Shown here: piece by piece, positions 1 through 8,888 of the stretch
Numbering within the stretch: the first letter of the stretch is position 1
How the letters are laid out: every line of letters starts with the position of its first letter
Position numbers and translations under genes: made by a program
The notes under the pieces: generated by a model
Seen by the model: the letters and a program-made list of their open reading frames with translations, nothing else
What the model was told of the DNA's origin: nothing
Databases searched by the model: none
Origin: a virus
Lineage: Duplodnaviria > Caudoviricetes
DNA: 64,000 bases
Strand: one strand, 5' to 3'
Virus record (IMG/VR): IMGVR_UViG_2908764845_000006
Span: 47,991 to 111,990 of that record

Positions 1-360
1 CCGGGCCGGGTGACGGCGGCGTCGGGCGCGGCGCGTAGGCCGCGCCGCTCCACGGGTCGCCCCACGGGCCGCGCTGGGCCGTCGGACGCGCCTCGCTCCA
101 GCGACGGCGCTCGCTGTTCTGCTCGCGCAGGGCCAGGATGAACCAGCCGAGGCCGAACAGCAGCGCCATGATGGCGAAAACGATCAGGAGCACGGCAAAG
201 CCGGAGATGTGCAGGTGGTGCATGGCGTGGGGAGCCTATGGTTGGGGGACGGAGGTGGTTGGTCAGAGCCGCGATGCGAGCAGCAGCACCAGCAGCAGGA
301 TCAGGACGGCGTTCACCGCGTGGTCGAGCGCGAGAAGCCAGAAGATGGAGCGGCGCCGCA

Positions 361-552
361 TCAGAGCATCGCCTGCACTGCGGTCACCAGCGTGTGGACC
401 GAGGAGATCAGCATCGCGACCAGGCCGACGAGCAGCGAGGTCTCCATGATGGGGTCCTTCGAGAAAGCCTTGTCATGCCACCATGCCGAGATCAGGCACA
501 CCAGCAGGCAGCCCGAAGCAAGGGTCGCTACAACGCCGACGAAGATCATCAC
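361..552 (-). CDS. small membrane protein
   Basis: Two hydrophobic segments; overlaps neighbouring genes at start/stop. Confidence 0.55.
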   Translation of the reverse strand: MMIFVGVVATLASGCLLVCLISAWWHDKAFSKDPIMETSLLVGLVAMLISSVHTLVTAVQAML

Positions 553-734
553 TGCCTCTGGAACATCCGGAATACATCGAGCCGGGTCACGCCGATCTCG
601 TCGGCGACTTCCTGCATTGTCTTGCCACGGGCGCGCAGCTGCAGCGCCTTCTTGATGAGTGCATCTTGGACGGCGTGGCTGACAGTCTGCATGGACACCT
701 TCGGTTCAAGGTCGCGGGGGATGGGGCGGCTCAT
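549..734 (-). CDS. small HTH DNA-binding protein
   Basis: LRARGKTMQEVADEIGVTRLDV HTH pattern; ATG overlaps upstream stop. Confidence 0.6.
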   Translation of the reverse strand: MSRPIPRDLEPKVSMQTVSHAVQDALIKKALQLRARGKTMQEVADEIGVTRLDVFRMFQRQ

Positions 735-1471
735 GCCGGAGCGTCCGGGCTGGTGAGCCGCTGGTTGATCTCGCAACGGAGCAGCTCCGCGCGAGCGAGC
801 GGGAGCCAGTCGCAGATGCGCTCGAAGTCGCGCGGGAAACGCTCCTTGAGCGGGATCAGGTAGAGGTAGGAGAAGCCGTCCAGCGAGCGCGGCAGGAAGG
901 TGTAATCGGGAGGCAGCGAGACGCCGCTCTTCTCGATCTCGTCCATCAGGCGGCCCTTGGTCCAGTCCCATATGGGCGCCCAGTTGCCGACGGTCGGGCG
1001 GATCGCGCCATGCTTTCGGATCGACATGAAGCGGATCGCGTTGTCGAGCGCGCGGATGCCGGTGGCCGAGAGGATCGTGCCCTCGATGCCCTCCTGCTGC
1101 TTGACCATCTCGACCACGTCCTTGTGGTCGAGGCGCGGGATGGAGGCCGCGGCCAGGATCTGCGCGCGGCGCATCGGCTGGAACAGGCCGTTGGAGAAGT
1201 GCTTGTAGAACACCGGGTGCGGCAGGCGCAGGATTTTGCGGCCGAACAGCTTGCGCTCGTAGTAGTCGAGGCTCTCGTCGATAAACTCGAGCCCGGGGAT
1301 GTCGTCGTAGTAGAACGGGATCATCTCGATCTTGTCGCGCAGGCCCAAGGCCACCGCGATCGAGTCCTTGCCACGCGAGAAAGCGATCAAGGTCTTGTCG
1401 CCGTATCGCTCCTTGTATTCGGCGATCAGCGCGTCACCGCGGGAGTGAGGGATCTTGTCGAGGCCGCTCAC
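731..1471 (-). CDS. PAPS reductase-like (PP-loop) phage protein
   Basis: IAFSRGKDS PP-loop, GIRALD..R and PIWDW motifs. Confidence 0.75.
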   Translation of the reverse strand: MSGLDKIPHSRGDALIAEYKERYGDKTLIAFSRGKDSIAVALGLRDKIEMIPFYYDDIPGLEFIDESLDYYERKLFGRKILRLPHPVFYKHFSNGLFQPMRRAQILAAASIPRLDHKDVVEMVKQQEGIEGTILSATGIRALDNAIRFMSIRKHGAIRPTVGNWAPIWDWTKGRLMDEIEKSGVSLPPDYTFLPRSLDGFSYLYLIPLKERFPRDFERICDWLPLARAELLRCEINQRLTSPDAPA

Positions 1472-1929
1472 TGCCGGGGCCTCCGAAGTGTCAGCTTGGC
1501 GTGCATCCGGTTCGGATCATCGGGGTCGCGCCAGCACTCGATCTCCGGCTTGGGCATCAGGATGTCCATGAACGGCCGAATGACCTCGGAGAGCTGGGCG
1601 CGGGTGAGGACGCCGTCCCCTGCCCGTTCCATGATCTCGGCGTGGATGATCTCGCCGACGAGGTCGAGCTTCGGAAGCTGCGCTGTCACTTCTTGCGACC
1701 CCCTCAGTTCACGATAGGCGAAGGCGATGTCCCTGACCTCGATGTCGAGCTTCTTGATGTGCGCGTCGCGCAACTCGAGCTCGCGCGTGGCGGAGCGGCG
1801 AAGGTCCGCCAGCGCCGATTTGAGGAAATCGTTCTCGTCCTTCAGCGCGCGGACCTGCCGGCGCAGCTTGACGAACGAGTTGTCCGGGGCGGAGCCCGTG
1901 CTGACCTTGACGATGTAGGGCTGCTTCAC
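1468..1929 (-). CDS. hypothetical coiled-coil protein
   Basis: GTG start overlapping upstream stop; heptad-rich N-terminal half. Confidence 0.55.
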   Translation of the reverse strand: MKQPYIVKVSTGSAPDNSFVKLRRQVRALKDENDFLKSALADLRRSATRELELRDAHIKKLDIEVRDIAFAYRELRGSQEVTAQLPKLDLVGEIIHAEIMERAGDGVLTRAQLSEVIRPFMDILMPKPEIECWRDPDDPNRMHAKLTLRRPRQ

Positions 1930-2360
1930 GAGGCGAGCGCCCGCAGATACTCGAGCACCTGGCTCGACGTGCCTTGGAAGTGGCCCATTGCGGTGGCGCG
2001 CTCCTGATAGGTGCGCTGCCGGGTGAGGTGCCCGGCAGGGAGCTCCCTCCCCTCGCGCGCCCAGTAGCGCTGGCGGATCACCTCGGGGTGCTCCTGAATG
2101 AACACCGGCGTGACGTGGAAGCCGACATGCTCCAGCGGCGCGACGATCTGCGACATCGAGAACGGCGTCTCGATCAGCAGCGGCCGTTTCGCGGTGTGCG
2201 ACTGCCGGCAAATCTCGGCGGTGTAGGAGGCGCCCGGCGCTGCCTTGAACTGATCGTGCGGCACGTAGTGGTAGAGGCCGGCGAGCTGGCCGCAGACCCA
2301 CGACTTGCCCGAGCCCGGGCAGCCGACGACCAAGAAGGCGGTGAGGTTCGCCGGGATCAT
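1926..2360 (-). CDS. P-loop NTPase / nucleotide kinase-like protein
   Basis: Walker A GCPGSGKS near N-terminus, small kinase-sized ORF. Confidence 0.7.
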   Translation of the reverse strand: MIPANLTAFLVVGCPGSGKSWVCGQLAGLYHYVPHDQFKAAPGASYTAEICRQSHTAKRPLLIETPFSMSQIVAPLEHVGFHVTPVFIQEHPEVIRQRYWAREGRELPAGHLTRQRTYQERATAMGHFQGTSSQVLEYLRALAS

Positions 2361-2707
2361 CAGGCGACCCCGCTCAGCAGCGCGCAGAACCAGATCAGCT
2401 TGCATACGACGTGGAGCGACTGGTCGGTGTTGTAGCCGATGCGGTTGCGGCACTTGGTGAAGTCGATCACCGCGTGGGCGACGAGCTCGGCGACTGCGAG
2501 GAGCCACGAACCGGTGGCGAGCTTGACGGCTCCGGCGTGGATCGCGGCGTGCGCGAGCAGCGCGCCCGGCCAGATCGTCTCGGCCGGAACGAGGACGGGT
2601 GACCAGCCCGGGTTCTTGGCCTTCGACAGCCAGTCGCCCTGCAGCGGATAGTCCGCTACCGCGTGGCCGATCAGCATCCAGAACAGGGGGCCGAGAGCAT
2701 CCAGCAT
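2360..2707 (-). CDS. DUF3307-like membrane protein
   Basis: GHAVADYPLQ...HAVID..K...DQSLH motifs. Confidence 0.75.
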   Translation of the reverse strand: MLDALGPLFWMLIGHAVADYPLQGDWLSKAKNPGWSPVLVPAETIWPGALLAHAAIHAGAVKLATGSWLLAVAELVAHAVIDFTKCRNRIGYNTDQSLHVVCKLIWFCALLSGVA

Positions 2708-2708
2708 G

Positions 2709-2918
2709 TCAGGCGGCCTTCTGCTCGCGCGTGCCGAGCTGGCACTTCCAGCCGGCGAGGCGCTCGGCGGGATGCTGCTTCATCCACTCGGCGATCGCCG
2801 GCAGACCGACCATGCACTGGGTCATGGTCATCGGCTGGAAGTCGGAGTTGGTCACGGTGACCTCGTGGCAGTCCGCGGGGGCCGCGAGGCTGCACAGGGT
2901 CGCGATGATCTTGATCAT
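2709..2918 (-). CDS. hypothetical Cys-containing protein
   Basis: MIKIIATLC... ORF coupled to neighbours. Confidence 0.55.
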   Translation of the reverse strand: MIKIIATLCSLAAPADCHEVTVTNSDFQPMTMTQCMVGLPAIAEWMKQHPAERLAGWKCQLGTREQKAA

Positions 2919-3145
2919 TGGGGGCGGCCTTCCGGAAATTCCCAGCGATCGCAGGTCCTGTGATGGTCCTCGATCGGGATGTGCGTGTAGATCGGCATGG
3001 TGCAGCCATTGCCGCACGAGATGCTGCCGGTCTGGACCGGCATCATCCACGTGGACGTCTCCTCGTGATCGGCGAGGCACTGGCCGCGGTCGATGCCGCA
3101 GCCGGCGAGCAGCAGCGCGCCGAGCAGCATGAAGGTCCGTGTCAT
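2915..3145 (-). CDS. putative lipoprotein
   Basis: Signal peptide ending in lipobox LAGC. Confidence 0.55.
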   Translation of the reverse strand: MTRTFMLLGALLLAGCGIDRGQCLADHEETSTWMMPVQTGSISCGNGCTMPIYTHIPIEDHHRTCDRWEFPEGRPQ

Positions 3146-3316
3146 CGGGGGTCCTTGCGGTGCGCCGCGAGTAGCGCGTCGATGAATGGTCTCGACTTCG
3201 CCGCCATCTCGGCGGAGAGCTTCTTCTTCCAGTCGGGGCCGTACTTGGCCTTCTGGATCGCGACGAACTCGCGGAGGATCGCCTTCACCTCGTCGGAGGG
3301 CTCCGGACGGGGAGCC

Positions 3317-3688
3317 TCACTCATCGGCGTGGCCGTGGCAGACGATGTGCCCACACCGGGGACACGTCGAGCGCAGCTCCGGCTGACCTTGGTCGATCAC
3401 CGGAAACTCGATGCCGTGAAGCTCCGCGGCGCGCAGCTCGAACTTGATGAGCGCGACCCGCAACGCGGAGAGGATCAGGCTGTTGTGGCGGCTCGGGACC
3501 TGGCCGTTGAGATACTTCACCCGGTCGATCAGGACGCGCAGCACCTCCTGACTGTTGGTACCGCCGTGAGGCCGGCCCTCGTTGCCGGGATAGCCCTCGC
3601 CGACCCGCTTCATGAACTGGATCAGGGACTGGGGCGCGCCGTCGTAGCCGTCGACGGCGTAGAGGTGGCCCTTCTCGACGACTTCCAT
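3317..3688 (-). CDS. Tad1/Acb2-like putative anti-defence nucleotide sponge with C-terminal Cys/His tail
   Basis: HLY...IQFMK...GTNSQEVLRVLIDRVKYLN..PSRHN pattern resembles the Tad1-like family. Confidence 0.5.
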   Translation of the reverse strand: MEVVEKGHLYAVDGYDGAPQSLIQFMKRVGEGYPGNEGRPHGGTNSQEVLRVLIDRVKYLNGQVPSRHNSLILSALRVALIKFELRAAELHGIEFPVIDQGQPELRSTCPRCGHIVCHGHADE

Positions 3689-3882
3689 CACGGCGCCTCG
3701 CCGAACTTGGTCACGCGCGCCTTGGCGATGTACCAGCCGTCGAAGGTGCCGACGAGCACGGCGACGTAGCCCGTGATCCAGGCTAGGTAGTAGTAGCCGT
3801 GCTCCGCCAGCGCGACGCAGATGCAGATCAGGATCTCGGCGACCGTCAGGAGGCCGACGATGATGTTGGTCTCGTTGATCAT
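3688..3882 (-). CDS. small membrane protein
   Basis: Two hydrophobic helices. Confidence 0.5.
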   Translation of the reverse strand: MINETNIIVGLLTVAEILICICVALAEHGYYYLAWITGYVAVLVGTFDGWYIAKARVTKFGEAP

Positions 3883-4208
3883 CACGCCACCGGCGCCGCG
3901 AGGCGAGCCATGTGGGTGCGACCGACCTTGGTCGGGCCCCGGTAGGGCTCCGGGTTCTCGACGGGCTCGCAGAGTGCCGGGCACTTGCCGTGGCGCCCGA
4001 GCGGGGCACTGCAGTTCGAGCAGCGCCCGGCCGCCTTGAGGTCGGCCGGGCCAGCCTCGACGAACCGCGTGATGCTGAAGGGCCGCTCGAAACCGGTCAG
4101 GTGATAGTTGCCGTCGCGGTGGTTGGCGATCCAGACCTCGTAGAGGCGACCAACGGTGAGTTCGTCACGCACAAGCGTGTTGTCGATGCACTTCACGAAG
4201 AGGGGCAT
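3882..4208 (-). CDS. hypothetical protein with Cys cluster
   Basis: GGAGACC upstream; CSNC...CPALC. Confidence 0.55.
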   Translation of the reverse strand: MPLFVKCIDNTLVRDELTVGRLYEVWIANHRDGNYHLTGFERPFSITRFVEAGPADLKAAGRCSNCSAPLGRHGKCPALCEPVENPEPYRGPTKVGRTHMARLAAPVA

Positions 4209-4269
4209 GGTGGATGGTCTCCGGGGTGTGACCCGCGTCGATGGTCAGTCGGTGCGGGAGGTCAGGCGA

Positions 4270-4647
4270 TCAGAGCAGCGGCACCAGCACGTTCACCTCG
4301 TCGACCTGCAACAGACCGGCGCGTGATGGATGCGGGTCATGGGCGAGCTTGCCGCCGCGATAGACCACTGCGTGGAGCACGCCCCGCTCGGCGGGGCCGT
4401 AGGCGAGATAGTGGACGCCCGAGGTGCGCAGCCAGTAGTCGAAGTCGCCGTTGCGCAGGGCCAGGATCGCCATGCCGCGCGAACGCACGAAGTTGTTGAA
4501 GCCGGCCCAGAAGCCCTCTTCGCAATCGTGGAAGTTTGGTACCTGATGGAGCGGCAGCTCCAAGATCGAGGCGACGGCGGCCTGCTGGCAGTTGCCGCGA
4601 GCGCCGGTCTCCCTGTCGTGGAATTTGTCTTGGTCGACGGGCTTCAT
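4270..4647 (-). CDS. conserved phage protein (papain/C39-like Cys...His pattern)
   Basis: GNCQQAAVASIL...HAVV...HDP. Confidence 0.55.
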   Translation of the reverse strand: MKPVDQDKFHDRETGARGNCQQAAVASILELPLHQVPNFHDCEEGFWAGFNNFVRSRGMAILALRNGDFDYWLRTSGVHYLAYGPAERGVLHAVVYRGGKLAHDPHPSRAGLLQVDEVNVLVPLL

Positions 4648-4725
4648 CGCGATCCTGATCTGTGGTTAACGCGCGTCCGTCGCCATGTGGGTCGACGCGA
4701 CACGACCGCCCCCTGAACTAGCAGT

Positions 4726-4947
4726 GTGAAGATGGACCACCTGAAAACGATACACGCCAAGGCTGGCGAGGACGCGCGACCGACCGGCATGGTCCGCTTC
4801 AAACACATCACGCGAACGTCGGGCCGCCTCCAATACCAATTCCGCGGATCGAAGGGCCTGATCTGGATCGACGTTCCCCACGTGGACGCCAAGGGCCGCG
4901 AGATCGGGGCGTTCGACCTCATGCCCGTCTCGGGCCGGGCGAACTGA
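4726..4947 (+). CDS. hypothetical protein
   Basis: ORF fills a gap on the opposite strand, plausible composition. Confidence 0.4.
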   Translation: MKMDHLKTIHAKAGEDARPTGMVRFKHITRTSGRLQYQFRGSKGLIWIDVPHVDAKGREIGAFDLMPVSGRAN

Positions 4948-5311
4948 AGCTCAGCGCGTCACGGCTCCGACGACGCGCTCGCATGCGTCGCACATGAAGT
5001 ACGGCTCATCGAAGCGACAGAGCTTGCCGCAGGTCGTGCATTCGACCGCCGGCAGGAACGTGATGTGCGTCGGCTTGACCGTGATCGGCCGGTTGATCTG
5101 CTTGAGGAGCTGCAGCAGGCTCTCCTCGGTGAGCGGCTTGGCCTCGTCGGCCGGATTGCGCAGCGGCCCGATGTCGATCTTCACAGCTCGACGCCTCGCC
5201 GTTCGAGCTCGTCCTCGACCGCGGTGAAGGCGCCCTCGAGGGGCGCGAGCATCATCGCCATCGTCGCGATCATGGCGTTGCGCCATGCGAGCAGGAACAG
5301 GGTCGGGATCA

Positions 5312-5710
5312 TCACAGCTCCTGCAATGCGGGCTTGGATCGCGGCGGGATGACCGAGAGGTCGATCTCGCCGATGAAGCCGCCATGCACCAGCGTGTAGG
5401 CGACGCGGCCGTGGGGCTTCCTGCCGAAGTTCTCGTCCGAGCTGGCCTTGCCGAGGATGTGGCAGCGGCCGAGCAGGCCGTCTGCCGAGAGCGCCTCGCA
5501 GATCGCCATGACGAGATCGCCGTGCGAGGACGCCTCCTCGGTCCACGCCACCGCGATCAGGTCGATGTCGCGGGCGAGGCTGCCGTGCACGGCGACCGCG
5601 TAACCGCGGTCGCGCGCCACCGTCCGGATCGTCGGCAGCATGCTGTCGAGCAGCGACTGGCAGAACGCGCCGGTCGCGAAGCGGACGGCTACGGGCTGGG
5701 TGTCTTTCAC
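5312..5710 (-). CDS. minimal nucleotidyltransferase-like protein
   Basis: VHGSLARDIDL (hGS..xDhD) plus distal IDLS acidic residue. Confidence 0.55.
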   Translation of the reverse strand: MKDTQPVAVRFATGAFCQSLLDSMLPTIRTVARDRGYAVAVHGSLARDIDLIAVAWTEEASSHGDLVMAICEALSADGLLGRCHILGKASSDENFGRKPHGRVAYTLVHGGFIGEIDLSVIPPRSKPALQEL

Positions 5711-5857
5711 AGGATCAGCACTCGATGAGGAAGATCAGGAACAGACACCAGCCCCAGCCGTCATGACCGGAATAGCCGATGGCGCCTGCGGCGATGGCAA
5801 GCGCCACCGACACCCAGTGCACGTTGACGGGCGCGAACCGGCGGATCAGTTGCTCTT

Positions 5858-6274
5858 TCACTTGCTCTTGCCCGGCGCCGGCGGGAACAGCGACGCTGCC
5901 ACCTTGATCTCGAAGGTGCTGTCGTCGATCTTGCGGACCACGCCGCGCTCGTCGTCGAACATATCGTCACCCAGCCGGGGGACGTAGCCGAACGAGAACA
6001 CGAAGGCGTGCATCAGCTCGCGCGGCTTGATCGCGGCCTCCGACGTGGAGCCGGTGATGCGGATCTTGCCGAGGTCGTCGCCGGTCCCGAGCTGGAGCAC
6101 GTATCGCTCCGCCTTGGCGGCGCCGCAGACCGTGGTCGGGATCGAGACCATCAGCTGGGGCTCGGTGCCCGGCTTGGACTGCCCGGTGCCGCGCACCTTG
6201 GGACGCATGTAGGTCAGCTTCGCCATCGGCGGCTGATTGGTCTTGGTGACCGTCTCGATCTCTTCAAAGGCCAT
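5858..6274 (-). CDS. hypothetical protein
   Basis: AAGGACCAGACC upstream of ATG; phage-like codon usage. Confidence 0.6.
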   Translation of the reverse strand: MAFEEIETVTKTNQPPMAKLTYMRPKVRGTGQSKPGTEPQLMVSIPTTVCGAAKAERYVLQLGTGDDLGKIRITGSTSEAAIKPRELMHAFVFSFGYVPRLGDDMFDDERGVVRKIDDSTFEIKVAASLFPPAPGKSK

Positions 6275-6543
6275 TGGTCTGGTCCTTGGGGTGATGCAGT
6301 GGGGGACTGCGTGGAGCACCCAGCCATATGCGCGTCAGTGAGAGGCGGGCCGGGTCAATGAGGCGCCGCGTTAGCGGCTGAAGTCGAAGGTCTCGTCGCG
6401 TACCGGCTGGGGGCGCGAGAGCATCCACGACCATTCGGTGAACGACATCGAGAGCAGCAGCTTGCCGTCCTTCTCGATGTAGATCCGCTCGTGCTTGGCG
6501 GACTGGTAGATCTGGTGCGGGTTGGAGGGCACTGCCGGGGCGC

Positions 6544-6750
6544 TCATGCTAACGAGGTCACCTTGTGCAGCGTCTTGAAGTGCAGCTCGGCGCGCTGGAT
6601 TTGCCGCTTGAGGTCGAGCCACATCACCTTGATGTGGTTGTCGCCAGCGCCGATGACTGTCATCGGCGTGTACGGCTGACCCTTCATGGCGACAACGTCG
6701 CCAATCGCGACGTCGCTCGCGCTCTCGATGTCAACGCGAACCTCGGCCAT
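6544..6750 (-). CDS. YodC/DUF2158-like small protein
   Basis: IGDVVAMKG..PMTV...VMW pattern. Confidence 0.6.
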   Translation of the reverse strand: MAEVRVDIESASDVAIGDVVAMKGQPYTPMTVIGAGDNHIKVMWLDLKRQIQRAELHFKTLHKVTSLA

Positions 6751-6879
6751 CAGCGCGACGCCTTCGCTCGTCGGCGAACTCGGCGGTGGTGATCGAGCCG
6801 GCGCTGTGCGCCGACCCGACGTACATCAGTGCGATCAGGATGTAGGCAGGCATGGGGGACCGTGGGGATTGTTGTGGAG

Positions 6880-7270
6880 GCTTGCAGACCCCCGACGATG
6901 TTTCGCCCCATCGCCTTACAGCGGGCTGGTTTGGTCGCCGATTTCTTTGCCTTCAGTCGGGACGCGCCTTTCTCCGACATCCGCTGTGGAGGGCATCTCT
7001 CCCCCGCTCCGGGCACGTGGCTCCCCGGTCAGCGCGGCTTGCATGGCGGGGTCCGTTGACCGAGCCGTTGCCACGGCAGTCTCGGGCGGATACCCCTGGG
7101 TGTGTGAAGTGAAACGCGACAGCCCGCCCTATACGGCGTCCCGACCGCGCACGGGCGCGGCGGGCGAGCTATGTGGGCGAGAGAGCCAGGCGGTGTCGCT
7201 TGGCGTCAACGAAGCGAAACGGGCCGGGACGCCCGGCTCTCTCGTGAGGTCGGGGCTACGCGATACAAGC
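6880..7270 (-). ncRNA. candidate large structured RNA
   Basis: No convincing ORF; several 7-10 bp long-range complementarities; lies directly 3' of tRNA-Met. Confidence 0.5.
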
Positions 7271-7279
7271 GCCCCTATC

Positions 7280-7356
<77 letters not shown>

Positions 7357-7363
7357 GAAAACT

Positions 7364-7630
7364 CTAGCAGTTGAAGTGCTCGATCGTTGCGATCAGCAGG
7401 TTCGAGCGGCAGATGTCTTGGTTCATGTTGAACCAAACGACCGCCGCGATGTGACCCTCGATGTGCTCGATGGTGACCGGCACGTCGTCGCCCTTGGTCG
7501 TGACGACGTCGCCGACGTTGAAGTCGTGCTCGGGCACCGTCCGCGGATCGGCTTCGACGCGCTTGCTGGTGTTGGTGCCGGACTCGATGATGGTCTCGAC
7601 GACATCGTCGCCGGTGGCCTGATGGGTCAC
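7364..7630 (-). CDS. YodC/DUF2158-like small protein
   Basis: FNVGDVVTTKG..VTI...VWF; AAAGAGACC upstream. Confidence 0.6.
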   Translation of the reverse strand: MTHQATGDDVVETIIESGTNTSKRVEADPRTVPEHDFNVGDVVTTKGDDVPVTIEHIEGHIAAVVWFNMNQDICRSNLLIATIEHFNC

Positions 7631-7865
7631 TGGTGGGGTCTCTTTCTACTGTGGGGGAAAGGTGTCCAACGAGGGCCGCTTGCGGTACCTGAAACGCTGA
7701 CTTGACCAGCGGCCCGTAGCGCCCACCCTCGTTGAACTGCGCCAGTCCGCGAACAGGGCTGCTGGCGAATTGATGCGGCGGTGTTTTTCGGCCGAAGCCT
7801 CTGCCTACCATTAAGCGCCCCGCAAACGGCGCACCGCGAGAGGGCCCATCGTGGGGCCCTTTGAA

Positions 7866-8171
7866 CTAGATGACCTTGAAGTACTCGCGCCCGAAGAACA
7901 CCGGGTGGCGACCGCGCCATGTCGAGCCGCGGCGAAGCCATCGCCTCAGATGCTGCGGGCTGCGGAAGCGGTAGACGATCCTGGCCGTCCAGTTGCCGTA
8001 TCCGTAAATGCGCTTGATGCCATCGAGCAGCGCGAGCCGGCTGGCCTCAGCCTCTTCGCCGCCGCGCGCGATATGCGGCGTGGTCTGGTCGACCACGATG
8101 TCACCGTACTCCGCGTCCTCGTCGACGTTGAAGCACTCGATCACGACCAGCTCGTTGCGGCGGCGCTTCAT
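7866..8171 (-). CDS. hypothetical protein
   Basis: MKRRRNELVVIECF... frame with plausible composition. Confidence 0.5.
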   Translation of the reverse strand: MKRRRNELVVIECFNVDEDAEYGDIVVDQTTPHIARGGEEAEASRLALLDGIKRIYGYGNWTARIVYRFRSPQHLRRWLRRGSTWRGRHPVFFGREYFKVI

Positions 8172-8179
8172 GAGGACCT

Positions 8180-8680
8180 TCAGAATGGGAGCGCGGCTGC
8201 CGGGCAGATGCCGGCCAAGTAGCGCAGCGCCCGGACAGCCAGGTCGAGCTCGGTCGGCGCCTGCGCGTCGACGAACAGCGTCATCGCGAGCTGGTCGGAG
8301 CAGCGCTTGGTCGAGCCCCTGATCTCGCACACGGCGCCGGCGCGACCCGGGACGGTGAGAGCGGCGTACTTGGCGCCGCGCGAGGCGCGATACTCGTCGG
8401 ACAGCTTGTCGAACGAGATCGTCTCGACGATGGGCCCGTCCCGGTGCCGCAGCGTGAACGTGCACTTCTCGCCGGGAGCGTGGTTCACCTCGAACTTCTC
8501 GCCGATGTGCCCCTCGTCCTCGTCGTGGACGCCGATCTGGTCCTGCAGGTTGTTCTCGAGGGCGAAGATCCGCGCAGCGGCTGCGATCGGCTTCATGGCC
8601 TCGGGGATGTCGTCGGCCGCGGCCGGCACAAGGGCGGCGGCGAAAGCGATGGCGGTGATGGCGATCCTGGGCACGGTCAT
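8180..8680 (-). CDS. putative secreted protein
   Basis: Signal peptide MTVPRIAITAIAFAAALVPAAA-DD. Confidence 0.6.
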   Translation of the reverse strand: MTVPRIAITAIAFAAALVPAAADDIPEAMKPIAAAARIFALENNLQDQIGVHDEDEGHIGEKFEVNHAPGEKCTFTLRHRDGPIVETISFDKLSDEYRASRGAKYAALTVPGRAGAVCEIRGSTKRCSDQLAMTLFVDAQAPTELDLAVRALRYLAGICPAAALPF

Positions 8681-8706
8681 GGCCCGAGAACTATCACCGG
8701 CGGAAC

Positions 8707-8863
8707 TGGCTGGGAAGGGTGGGCTCGAACCACAACCCACCGAGGAATTGGAGATCCGTTAGCCGAAGGCGCGATGGTATGACCGCGGAGACTTCGACCT
8801 TTCGGCGAGGAGCTGGGGACGGATCGAGCCCCTGACGTCGCGAAAGCTCCAGATACCATCCCA
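8707..8863 (-). ncRNA. 157-nt tRNA-like RNA (acceptor stem, T-arm, CCA; no D or anticodon arm)
   Basis: 5' TGGGATG pairs with CTTCCCA-G-CCA; GTGG-TTCGAGC-CCAC T-arm; 25 nt downstream of tRNA-Phe. Confidence 0.7.
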
Positions 8864-8888
8864 GAACACCGCCAAGCCTGCCTATCTT

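Noticed and set aside
8787-8792. GUCUCC in the tRNA-like RNA is complementary to GGAGAC of the start-associated sequence
   Set aside because: Only 6 nt; easily a chance match in GC-rich sequence.
8707-8863. tmRNA acceptor piece or intron-containing tRNA
   Set aside because: No G3-U70 alanine determinant, no D-arm or anticodon halves, and the insert is too short for a group I intron with no recognisable core.
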